A stretch of 18,853 nt of DNA, taken from the NCBI RefSeq assembly GCF_006345805.1, contig NW_021824357.1, positions 1-18,853 of the forward strand, given 5' to 3'. The stretch comes from Octopus sinensis (taxonomy: Eukaryota). Shown here piece after piece: positions 9,505 to 18,594 of this stretch; the stretch's first letter is position 1, and each line of letters starts with the position of its first letter. Below the pieces are notes generated by a model. It worked only from the letters and a program-made list of their open reading frames with translations. It was not told the DNA's origin and searched no databases. The translations under genes were made by a program, and so were the position numbers.

Positions 9505-9725
9505 TATTATTACCTCCATCTTAGCGATGGTAGAGGTATTGTTTTTAGTCGTGGTTGTTTGTTTGTCCATGGACAAAATATCTCAAGAACCGCTGGATGA
9601 ATTCAGATGAAACTTTCAGGGATGTTTGGCCTTGTGACTGGCACAAACTGATAAGATTTGGGGATCAATCCGGTACTGGGCAACGATTCTGGATTATTTT
9701 TTTACATTTTCTTTACCTTACATGT
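9505..9725 (+). mobile_element. Helentron-associated (HINE/DINE-1-like) 5' fragment
   Basis: Starts TTATTACCTCC with the inverted repeat TACCTC-CATC...GATG-GTA-GAGGTA (9511-9538). A (GTTT)n run and the core AAAATATCTCAAGAACCGCTGGATGAATT..ATGAAACTTT follow. No 3' end was found. Confidence 0.5.
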
Positions 9726-10004
9726 ATATGTAAAGTTTCACATAGTTCTCTTGCACACGCACACACATACACACATATACTCACACATTTTCAGTGTTGA
9801 ACATTACCATCTCATTTCCATTGTACACACACACACACACACAACATACCTCTCTTTCACACACACATATACTCACACTTCAAATGCCATTTATCGGCTT
9901 TTTCACTCTTTCCTTCATTATTCATCTATCACCCCTTCCTTTCTCATTCATATGATGTTCTCTTTGCCATTTATCTCCTCTGCCTTCACCTCTCACTCTG
10001 GCTC

Positions 10005-10035
<31 letters not shown>

Positions 10036-10037
<2 letters not shown>

Positions 10038-11013
10038 CTCTTTTACTCTTTTACTTGTTTCAGTCATTTGACTGTGGCCATGCTGGAGCACCGCCTTTAG
10101 TCGAGCAAATCGACCCCGGGACTTATTCTTTGTAAGCCCAGTACTTATTCTATCGGTCTCTTTTGCCGAACCGCTAAGTGACGGGGACGTAAACACATCA
10201 GCATCGGTTGTCAAGCAATGCTAGGGGGACAAACACAGACACACATACACACACACACACATACACACACACAACACACCACATATATATATATATATAT
10301 TAGGTATGTAGAAAAATACAACATGGACAAGAACGATAACTCTTGAAGACGACACATAAAAACACGGACAGGACACTCGAAACCCTCAGTCTTCAGTCCA
10401 GAACCGATCATCGTATAATTTCGGCTGATTAATCTTGAGATTACTAGATCACGGCCAGCCCTCCAAAAAAAACTAAGCTGGAAGCGTAGATTCCTGGAAG
10501 AAGGATCGAATGAATACGAACACCAGGACAGCAAAAGGGACAGATAAAAAAAAAACAAAAAACATAATGGAATACAGAAACATTGAATACAGAAGCATTA
10601 ACGGTGAAAACAACAAGTGTCTTACGACTGATAACAAGCAAACAATTTTTTCTCTGGCGCATTGGAAAAAAGCCCTTTATAGGCGGACGAAGACCAACGA
10701 TGTTAACACGACGAGGGTCAGGAGCTGAAAGGCAGATTTCGGCCACAAGTCACGTGACGAGAAAAGAGGAAAAGAAAAGAAGAGAAGCAAAGGAAGAGAG
10801 GAGAGAGAACGGGGGACAAAACGCAACAAAGAGAGAGAAGAGAGAGAAAGAGGAATCAGAGAGGAGAAGGGATGGTGTCGAAGAATGACCTGTGAGTGCA
10901 GAGCGAGACAAAGAAATAGGAGGGTAGTGGAAGACTAGACCAAAGAATCAGAGGAAGAGAAGAGAAAAAGAGGATGAGTAGAGAGAAAAGAGAGAGAGGG
11001 GGACAGATCAAGT

Positions 11014-11056
<43 letters not shown>

Positions 11057-11216
11057 TATATACGACAGGCTTCTTTCAGTTTCTGTCTACCAAATCCACT
11101 CACAAGGCATTGGTCGGCCCGGGGCTATAGCAGAAGACACTTGCCCAAGATGCCACGCAGTGGGACTGAACCCAGAACAATGTGGTTGGTTAGCAAGCTA
11201 CTTACCACACAGCCAT
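10036..11216 (-). mobile_element. SINE-A split in its internal (TA)n tract (body 10036-10300, head 11017-11216)
   Basis: The two halves are colinear and in the same orientation, separated by a ~715-bp insert. Confidence 0.75.
10301..11016. mobile_element. Unclassified insertion with AG-rich 3' part
   Basis: It interrupts SINE-A and has (TA)n on both sides. It is single-copy in the window and its class is not determinable from the sequence. Confidence 0.4.
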
Positions 11217-11250
11217 ACACATATATATATATTATATATATATATATATA

Positions 11251-11831
11251 GTTATCACCATACTAATATGGCAGTCTTATAAATATAAGACTAAAGCTGT
11301 CGCTGATTAGCTCCATGAGGCCATCGCCTCAAGCTAGCTATTTGACACACAAACTGCGTCCATTATAAACCTTCGAACAAGGGAGGTCAGCCGCTTCATC
11401 CTGCCAGTCAGACACCTACAGACAACGTTTCAGGGTTGTTGCCCCTTATCAATGTAGCGTAGTCAGACCCACCGGGTGTCGCCACTGATCGTCTCTGTTT
11501 GAAGGTTTTATTTACCTAGTTTCGGTGGAATACATCCATTTGTTTTCAATAATAGAAATATTAAAATTTCTAAGTCTCTCTAAAAGAGATTACAGCAGCG
11601 TTACTGGAAATTAATAATTATCCCCATAGTAATATGTTTGAAGGTTTATAATGGACGCAGTTTGTGTGTCAAATAGCTAGCTTAAGGCGATGGCCTCATG
11701 GAGCTAATCAGCGACAGCTTTAGTCTTATATCTATAAGACTGCAATATTAGTATGGCGATAACTATTAATTTCCAGTAACGCTGCCGTAATCTCTTTTAG
11801 AGAGACTTAGTAATTTTAATATTTCTATTAT
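11251..11831. mobile_element. Foldback/MITE composite with interleaved inverted repeats
   Basis: Arm A (11251-11379) pairs with A' (11635-11763), 5 mismatches in 129. Arm B (11549-11616) pairs with B' (11764-11831), 2 mismatches in 68. Confidence 0.8.
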
Positions 11832-11847
11832 ATATATATATATATAT

Positions 11848-12225
11848 ATCATCATCATCATCATCATCATCATCGTTTAGCGTCCGTTTTCCATGCTAGC
11901 ATGGGTTGGACGGTTCAACTGGGGTCTGTGAAGCCAGAAGGCTTCATCAGGCCCAGTCTGATCTGGCAATGTTTCTACGGCTGGATGCCCTTCCTAACGC
12001 CAACCACTCCGTGAGTGTAGTGGGTGCTTTTTACGTGCCACCCGCACAGGTGCCAGACAGGGCTGGCAAACGGCCACGAACGGATGGTGCTTTTTATGTG
12101 CCACCGGCACGAGAGGCTGGCAACGGACACGAAACAGGGCGGTGCTGGCAACGGTCGCGAAACGGAAGGTTCTCTTACATGCCACCGGCACTGGTAACAC
12201 ATCTGCAATTTCCATTGATCGATTT
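11848..12225 (-). mobile_element. Family C repeat with (GAT)n tail
   Basis: (CAT)n-CGTTTAGCGTCCGTTTTCCATGCTAGCATGGG end plus the family core. Confidence 0.8.
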
Positions 12226-12322
12226 CCATATATATATATATATATATAGCTGAATGATAACTAAGTTAGAAGTGATGGTAATGACAATGATGATAATGAT
12301 GATGATGTTCTGTATTTTGTAG

Positions 12323-12446
12323 GTCATCGAAAGAAGTTCCTCAGCCAAAGTGAAGAATGCCAGTATCCAAGTTTCCAGGAAGAACACCAACCATTTGTGC
12401 CAAAACGCTCGATCACCTGAGCCAACCCCGTTATCTCACCTGCCAG
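12323..12446 (+). CDS. KIAA0753: KIAA0753-like coding exon 2 (VIERSSSAKVKNASIQ...PLSHLP), phase 0 to 1
   Basis: Acceptor tattttgtAG|GTC and donor CCAG|GTAAAT. The 124 nt are open in the frame required by exon 1. The exon is missing from the ORF track. Confidence 0.82.
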
Positions 12447-12454
12447 GTAAATAC

Positions 12455-13610
12455 TGTTGTTGTTTAGGCGTAGGTCAGCTATGATCCAAGATGGTCTAGC
12501 CATGATGATCCTGTCTTTTATTTTGATACCGTGTATCTAGGACTACACTATCTAATGTGTCTTTCCTTATTGTTGTTTAGCCCCAGGTCAGTCCCAATCC
12601 AGCAGACCTATGATCAAAAATGTTCCAGCTGTGACCACCCTGTCTTTTATATTGACACCATGTATCTAGGACTACATTATCTAATATGTCTTTCCTTGTT
12701 GTTTAGCCCCAGGTCAGTCCTGATGTAACAGACCTATGATAAAAAATGTTTCAGCTGTGACCACCCTGTCTTTTATATTGATACCGTGTATCTTGGACTA
12801 CACTATTTAATGTGTCCTTCTTTGTTGATGTTGTTTAGCCCAAGGTCTGATCTGATCCAGCAGACCTATGATCAAAAAGGTTCCAGCTGTGACCACCCTA
12901 TCTTTTATATTGACATAGTGTATCTAGGACTACATTAGCTAATGTGTCCTTCCTTGTTGATGTTGTTTAGCCCAAGGTCTGATCTGATCCAGCAGACCTA
13001 TGATTAAAGGTGTTCTAGTTATGACCACCCTGTCTTTTATATTGACATAGTGTATCTAGGACTACATTAGCTAATGTGTCCTTCCTTCTTGTTGTTTAGC
13101 CCCAGGTCAGTCCAAATCCAGCAGACCTATGATCAAAAATGTTCCAGCTGTGACCACCCTGTCTTTTATATTGACACTGTGTATCTAGGACTACATTATC
13201 TAATGTGTCCTTCCTTGTTGTTTAGCCCCAGGTCAGTCTTGATGCAGTAGACCTATGATCAAAAATGTTCCAGCTGTGACCACCCTGTCTTTTATTTTGA
13301 CACAATATATCTAGGAGTACATTATTTAATGTGTCCTTCTTTGTCACTGTTGTTTAACCCCAGGTCAGTCCTCATTCAGCAGACCTGTTACTGCCATGAC
13401 CATTTTGTCTTGTCTTTTATTGAGACATAGTGTATCTAGGACTACATTGTCTAATGTATCCTTCCTTTCTCTTGTTTAACCAAGTCAGTTCAGATGCGGC
13501 AGATCTGTGATCAAAAATGTCCCAGCTGTGACCACCCTGTCTTCTTGTCGGAAATAGTGTGTCTAGTACAATATGGTCTAATGTGTCCTTCCATGTTGTT
13601 GTTTAGCCCC
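12455..13610. repeat. Tandem array of nine ~113-132-bp units
   Basis: GTTTAG/GTTTAA markers at 12462, 12575, 12701, 12833, 12965, 13094, 13220, 13352, 13474 and 13601. Confidence 0.92.
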
Positions 13611-13656
13611 TGTCTAAAGAGGAGTCAGAGTCTGTGGTACCAAGAGTCGAGGAGTC

Positions 13657-14107
13657 AAAAGGTGGCGAACTAGCAGAAACATTAGCACACCAGGTGAAAT
13701 GCTTAGGGATATTTCATCTGTCTTTATGTTCTGAGTTCAAATTCCGCTGAGGTTAGCTTTACCTTTTATCCTTTGAGGGTCAATAAATTAAGTACCTATT
13801 TCTTTACTACCCACAAGGGGCTACACACAGAGGGGGACAAACAAGGACAGACAAACGGATTAAGTCGGTTACATCGACCCCAGTGCGTAACTGGTACTTA
13901 ATTTATCGACCCCGAAAGGGTGAAAGGCAAAGTCGACCTCGGCAGAATTTGAACTCAGAACGTAACGGCAGACGAAATACCGCTAGGCATTTCATCCGAC
14001 GTGCTAACGATTCTGCCAGTTTGATGCCAATAAATTAAGTACCAGTTACATACTGGGGTCGATCTGATCAACTGGCCCCTTCCCTAAAAATTTTGGGCCT
14101 CGTGCCT
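13657..14107 (+). mobile_element. SINE-B (tail 2) host copy
   Basis: Flanked by the 14-bp repeat AGAGTCGAGGAGTC (13643-13656) / AGAGTAGAGGTGTC (14108-14121), 2 mismatches. Confidence 0.82.
13797..14027 (-). mobile_element. SINE-B (tail 1) nested antisense inside SINE-B
   Basis: Exact 16-bp TSD CAATAAATTAAGTACC at 13781-13796 and 14028-14043. Confidence 0.92.
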
Positions 14108-14317
14108 AGAGTAGAGGTGTCGAAGTTGGAGTTGAAGTTTTTGGTTTCAACTCCACAGCCCTAGTTTTGCCCATCCCTGATGAGTGGGTGACATGCCCAA
14201 ACCACTTGTGTTTGTCTCTTTACTCTAGTAAGAAGTTCCTCATGGGGCCCCTATCCTTCTTTCCACTTCCTCATTTGTGATATTCCCAAAAGTCTCCCAA
14301 AACATTTTGTCTCAGTA

Positions 14318-14915
14318 ATTATTATTATTATTATATTATTATTATTATTATTATTATTGAGTGAGAGAGCAGTGCATGCCATCAAAGTGACACTGGGGTA
14401 CAAATATACTAAGCCCAGTATACCCATCATGACTACCCATCTGATAAGGGTACACCAGGCACATGCATCACAACCATATGTGCGCGACATGGTGATCTCA
14501 TATCAAGATAAACAGTGCTTGACTTTGCAGGTGGGGCTCAGTAAGAATTTTCTTCAGTTTGAGTAACCCATCCTGCTCAAAAGGTCCCTGAATAAGGGTT
14601 GTTTAAGGATGTTGAAAGAACCACCCATGTTTCCAGAGGTGAATTATTGAAACCCCAAAGAATCCCTCTCAACACATGGCTATGATGCTCCCCCACCGCT
14701 TCTGCTCGTGATCAGAGATGCACATATCGTCAGCCACTAAGGGACATGCTCAACTGGTTAAGGTCAAGCAACTGACAAGCAAATCTGTGATATTGAGCAG
14801 AATATTTGCTGTAGCCCATCTTTTATACCAAGACAAAACAATGTACATGATAACACTTCCAATCAGTTAAGATCAGAAGCCATGAGAACCACTGCCTGGT
14901 AGTGCATCAGGGCAT
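14318..14915 (-). mobile_element. Probable non-autonomous retroposon (~550 bp) with (AAT)n tail
   Basis: Ends on the minus strand with CTCTCTCACTC(AAT)n and is flanked by ATT repeats. It resembles a common octopus repeat I recall, but it is single-copy here. Confidence 0.4.
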
Positions 14916-14945
14916 TTATTATTATCATCATCATCATCATCATCA

Positions 14946-14977
<32 letters not shown>

Positions 14978-14996
14978 GCTGTTGTTGTTGTTGTTG
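14916..14996. repeat. Compound (ATT)n/(CAT)n/(TGT)n microsatellite upstream of exon 3
   Basis: Direct reading. Confidence 0.95.
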
Positions 14997-15028
14997 TCAC
15001 CGTTATCATTCTGTATGTTTGTTTGAAG

Positions 15029-15154
15029 CAACAACAGACTCACCTCCAACTCGCGATACCCACGACTGCACCCGGCAGAAATTCCAAAGGATCCACAAAG
15101 ACATTTCTAACTGCCTCACAGACCTTCAAACCCTCCTAGGCTCATTCATCAAAG
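15029..15154 (+). CDS. KIAA0753: KIAA0753-like coding exon 3 (ATTDSPPTRDTH...KFQRIHKDISNCLTDLQTLLGSFIK), phase 1 to 1
   Basis: Acceptor tgtttgtttgaAG|CA and donor AAAG|GTATAC; 126 nt. SPPTRD and QRIHKDISNC resemble human SPPTHD and QRLQKELSSC (recalled). Confidence 0.82.
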
Positions 15155-15157
15155 GTA

Positions 15158-15835
15158 TACTCTTTTTACTCTTTTACTCTTTTACTTGTTTCAGTCATTT
15201 GACTGTGGCCATGCTGGAGCACCGCCTTTAGTCGAGCAAATCGACCCCGGGACTTATTCTTTTGTAAGCCCAGTACTTATTCTATCTGTCTCTTTTGCTG
15301 AACTGCTAAGTGACGGGGACGTAAACACACACCAGCATCGGTTGTCAAGCAATGCTAGGGGGACAAACACAGCACACAAACACACACACACATACATTTA
15401 TATATATATATATATATATATATCTATATATATATATATATATATAATATATATATATATACATATTACAACAGGCTTCTTTCAGTTTCCGTCTACCAAA
15501 TCCACTCACAAGGCATTGGTCGGCCCGAGGCTATAGCAGAAGACACTTGCCCAAGATGCCATGCAGTGGGACTGAACCGGAACCATGTGGTTGGTAAGCA
15601 AGCTACTTATCACACAGCCACTCCTGCCTATATATATACGACAGGCTTCTTTCAGTTTCCGTCTACCAAATCCACTCACAAGGCTTTGGTCGGCCCGAGG
15701 CTATAGTAGAAGACACTTGCCCAAGATGCCACGCAGTGGGACTGAACCCGGAACCATGTGGTTGGTAAGCAAGCTACTTACCACACAGCCACTCCTTTTA
15801 TCTTTTTACTTGGTTCAGTCATTGGACTGCGGCCC
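15158..15835 (-). mobile_element. SINE-A with double head, plus an extra truncated tail (15800-15835)
   Basis: The tail begins 3 nt into intron 3; heads lie at ~15470-15628 and ~15638-15796. Confidence 0.88.
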
Positions 15836-15940
15836 TCCTGGGCCACAGCCTAAGGAGGCAAAAGGCTTGGTAGTATTTTGTGTTTTTTACCATCCGTGTA
15901 AGCTGAGCTGAGTCTGAAATCTCTCCCATTTCAATACCAC

Positions 15941-15962
15941 TGTTGCTGTTGTTGTTGTTGTT

Positions 15963-16016
<54 letters not shown>

Positions 16017-16210
16017 ATTGCTGTTGTTGTGTTGTTGTTGTTGTTGTTGTTATTGCTGTTGTTGTTATTGCTGTTGTTGTTGTTGTTGTTGTTGTTGCTG
16101 TTGTTGTTATTGCTGTTGTTGTTGTTGCTGTTGTTATTATTGCTGTTGTTGTTGTTGTTGTTGTCGTTGTTGCTGTTGTTGTTATTGCTGTTGTTGTTGT
16201 TGTTGTTGTT
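15941..16210. repeat. (TTG)n with CTG/TTA interruptions, abutting the exon 4 acceptor
   Basis: Direct reading. Confidence 0.97.
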
Positions 16211-16214
16211 GCAG

Positions 16215-16396
16215 AGGGGCTGAACGAATCGACAGAGAACGTACAGGAGGCCGGCGGTTCGAGCCAAGACCTGACCATTGTGAAAGTAGTATCCCGTAAG
16301 CTGTACTCCATAAAACACCAGGCCCAGGATCTGAAACGGCAAGTGGACCACATGCCGAAGAACAGAGGCTCGTTACTGGGACAGCAGAACAAGGAC
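16215..16396 (+). CDS. KIAA0753: KIAA0753-like coding exon 4 (EGLNEST...VVSRKLYSIKHQAQDLKRQVDHM...NKD), phase 1 to 0
   Basis: Acceptor (ttg)n-gcAG|AG and donor GAC|GTGAGT; 182 nt open. SRKLYSIKHQAQDLKRQVD resembles the human coiled coil ARMLYVLQQQVKEIQEELD (recalled). Confidence 0.85.
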
Positions 16397-16412
16397 GTGA
16401 GTATATTGAATT

Positions 16413-16570
16413 GATGACAATCATGATGACGATGACAATGATGACGATGACGACGAATAGGACGATAATGATAACGACGCTGATGACAATGACCACCATG
16501 GCGATGACGACGATGATGACGGACGATGGCGATGACAATCGGGATCATCATCATCATCTCATCATCATCG
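16413..16570. repeat. Degenerate (GAT/GAC)n followed by (CAT)n
   Basis: Direct reading. Confidence 0.9.
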
Positions 16571-17090
16571 TTTAACGTCTGCTTTCCATGCTAGCATGGG
16601 TTGGACAATTTGACTGAGGACTGGCAAGCCAGATGGCTGCACCAGGCTCCAATCTTGATCTGGCAGAGTTTCTATAGCTAGAGACCCTTCCTAATGCCAA
16701 CCACTCCGAGAGTGTAGTGGGTGCTTTTACATGCCACCGGCATGGGGGCCAGTCAGGCGGTACTAGCAATGTTTGTCTGTCCTTGTTTGTCCTCTCTGTG
16801 TTTAGCCCCTTGTGGGTAGTAAAGAAATAGGTACTAGCAATGGCCACGCTCAAATGGTGCTTTTTATGTGCCACCTGCACAGGAGCCAGTCCAGCGGCAC
16901 TGGAAACGACCTCGCTCGAATGTGGCCTCATGTGTTACCAGCACAAGTGCCAGTAAGGCGACGTAGGTAACGAACACGCTCGAATGGTGCTTTTTACGTG
17001 CCACTGGAACGGAAGCCAGTTTGTTGCTCTGGCAACGATCACGCTTGGATGGTGCTCTTAGCGCTCCACTGGCACGGATACCTGTCATCG
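16544..17090 (-). mobile_element. Family C repeat
   Basis: (CAT)n tail, core and body homologous to 508-780. Confidence 0.82.
16772..16829 (+). mobile_element. 58-bp SINE-B tail-only insertion
   Basis: Exact 13-bp TSD GGTACTAGCAATG at 16759-16771 and 16830-16842. Confidence 0.9.
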
Positions 17091-17128
17091 AATTTGATTT
17101 CGAATTCACTTGCCTCAACAAGTCTTCA

Positions 17129-17231
17129 ATAATGACAATGATGACGGCCATGATGACAATGATAACGATGATGAGGATGATGATTATGATGATGATTATG
17201 ATGATAGTGATGATGATGATGGTGATGATAG

Positions 17232-17272
<41 letters not shown>

Positions 17273-17316
17273 GTGATGATGATGATATTGATGATGATGA
17301 TGATGATGATGATGAT

Positions 17317-17350
<34 letters not shown>

Positions 17351-17620
17351 CGATGATGATGATGATAACGATGATGATGATGATGGTGATGATGATGATA
17401 TTGATGATGATTATGATGATGATGACGATGATGATGATAATGATGATGATATTGATGATGATTATGATGATGATGATGATGATGACGATGATGATGATGC
17501 TGATGATGATGATATTGATGATGATGATGATAATGATGATGATGATGATGATGATGATAGTGATAATGATGATATTGATGATGATGATAGTGATGATGAT
17601 GATGATGATGATGATATGAT
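17129..17620. repeat. ~490-bp (GAT)n microsatellite upstream of exon 5
   Basis: Direct reading. Confidence 0.97.
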
Positions 17621-17690
17621 AGTGTATCTATGACAACATTACCCAACGTTCTCCCTCCCTGATAAACACAACATCTTCCTCTTCTTCCAG

Positions 17691-17951
17691 ACGAAATACC
17701 TCAGCAACAGATTGGCATCGATTTTCCAAGGGATCCTCCGAATTTTCCTCGACATGTGCCGCTACCTGAAGAAAGGACCCATCTACACGCTCAACCCCAA
17801 CATGATCTTCGTCTGCGTCGTCCACCTTGTCCACATGCTCAATGTCCTCTCTCTGCTCATCGACATCTGGTCGGAGATGGCGCACATCTCCGGCAAGGCC
17901 AACGATTCCAATGCTGTCGAGAGTTTGCATGAGATGATAGCAAGTACAAAA
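17691..17951 (+). CDS. KIAA0753: KIAA0753-like coding exon 5 (TKYLSNRLASIFQGILRIF...MIASTK), phase 0 to 0; gene continues beyond the window
   Basis: Acceptor cttcctcttcttccAG|ACG and donor AAA|GTAAGT; 261 nt open with GC-rich codons. NRLASIFQGILRIF resembles human SKLAAAHRGAIRAL (recalled). Confidence 0.87.
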
Positions 17952-17978
17952 GTAAGTACCTCTCTGCTACGTGGGTCA

Positions 17979-18071
17979 CTTGGCTGGATGATTGGTCAGT
18001 CTGTGGGTTGGTTGGTTGGTTGGTTGGTGGATTGGATGGTCAGTCAGTTGGTCAGATGGTTGACTGGTTGA
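17979..18071. repeat. Degenerate (TGGT)n
   Basis: Direct reading. Confidence 0.85.
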
Positions 18072-18094
18072 TTCATTGGCAGGTTTGATTCAAA

Positions 18095-18459
18095 GGCGGT
18101 GAGCTGGCAGAACCGTTAGCACGCCGGACGAAATGCGTAGCCGTATTTTGTCTGCCGTTACGTTCTGAGTTCAAATTCTGCCGAGGTCAACTTTGCCTTT
18201 CATCCTTTCGGGGTCGATTAAATAAGTACCAGTTACGCACTGGGGTCGATATAATCGACTTAATCCCTTTGTCTGTCCTTGTTTGTCCCCTCTGTATTTA
18301 GCCCCTTGTGGGTGGTAAAGAAATAGGTATTTCACCTGCCGTTACGTTCTGAGTTCAAATTCTGCCGAGGTCAACTTTGCCTTTCATCCTTTCGGGGTCG
18401 ATTAAATAAGTACCAGTTATGCACTGGGGTCGATATAATTGACTTAATCCGTTTGTCTG
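18095..18459 (+). mobile_element. SINE-B head-to-tail dimer
   Basis: The second unit starts at GGTATTTC (18326), directly after ...AAAGAAATA. Confidence 0.88.
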
Positions 18460-18594
18460 CATCATTTGAAAGAGAAATAAATTCTGCATAAGGTGTAAAA
18501 GATAGAAAATAATTTGTATGGTGTTAGTAACAAAATATTTTGTAAGAAATAGAACTTTTATCATTGGTCTTAAATACAATTTCACCAGTGTGAA

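Larger units (their letters stand above)
13620..14164. mobile_element. Small GGAGTC-repeat DNA-element relic hosting the nested SINEs
   Basis: GGAGTC-type repeats on the left. On the right is the hairpin TGGAGTTGAA / TTCAACTCCA (14127-14155) ending ACTCCACAGCCCT. Confidence 0.4.

Noticed and set aside
10343-10391. TTGAAGAC...TCGAAAC...GTC as a hammerhead
   Set aside because: The core is altered and there is no stem I complementarity.
12455-13610. CRISPR-like periodicity (also at 1-507 and 2741-3345)
   Set aside because: Whole units repeat with no unique spacers, there are no cas genes, and the context is eukaryotic.
14177-14205. CTGATGAG-TGGGT..GCCCA-AAC as a hammerhead
   Set aside because: It lacks GAAA, and there is no stem I or stem III pairing.
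14895-14906. CCTGGTAGTGCA resembling U2 snRNA
   Set aside because: An 11/12 match with no other colinear U2 structure; chance level.
15887-17646. Long poly-L/C/N/T/M/D/H ORFs
   Set aside because: They are translations of (TTG)n and (GAT)n microsatellites. The YI/LSIY ORFs at 4363-4911 and 5775-6115 are likewise microsatellite artefacts.
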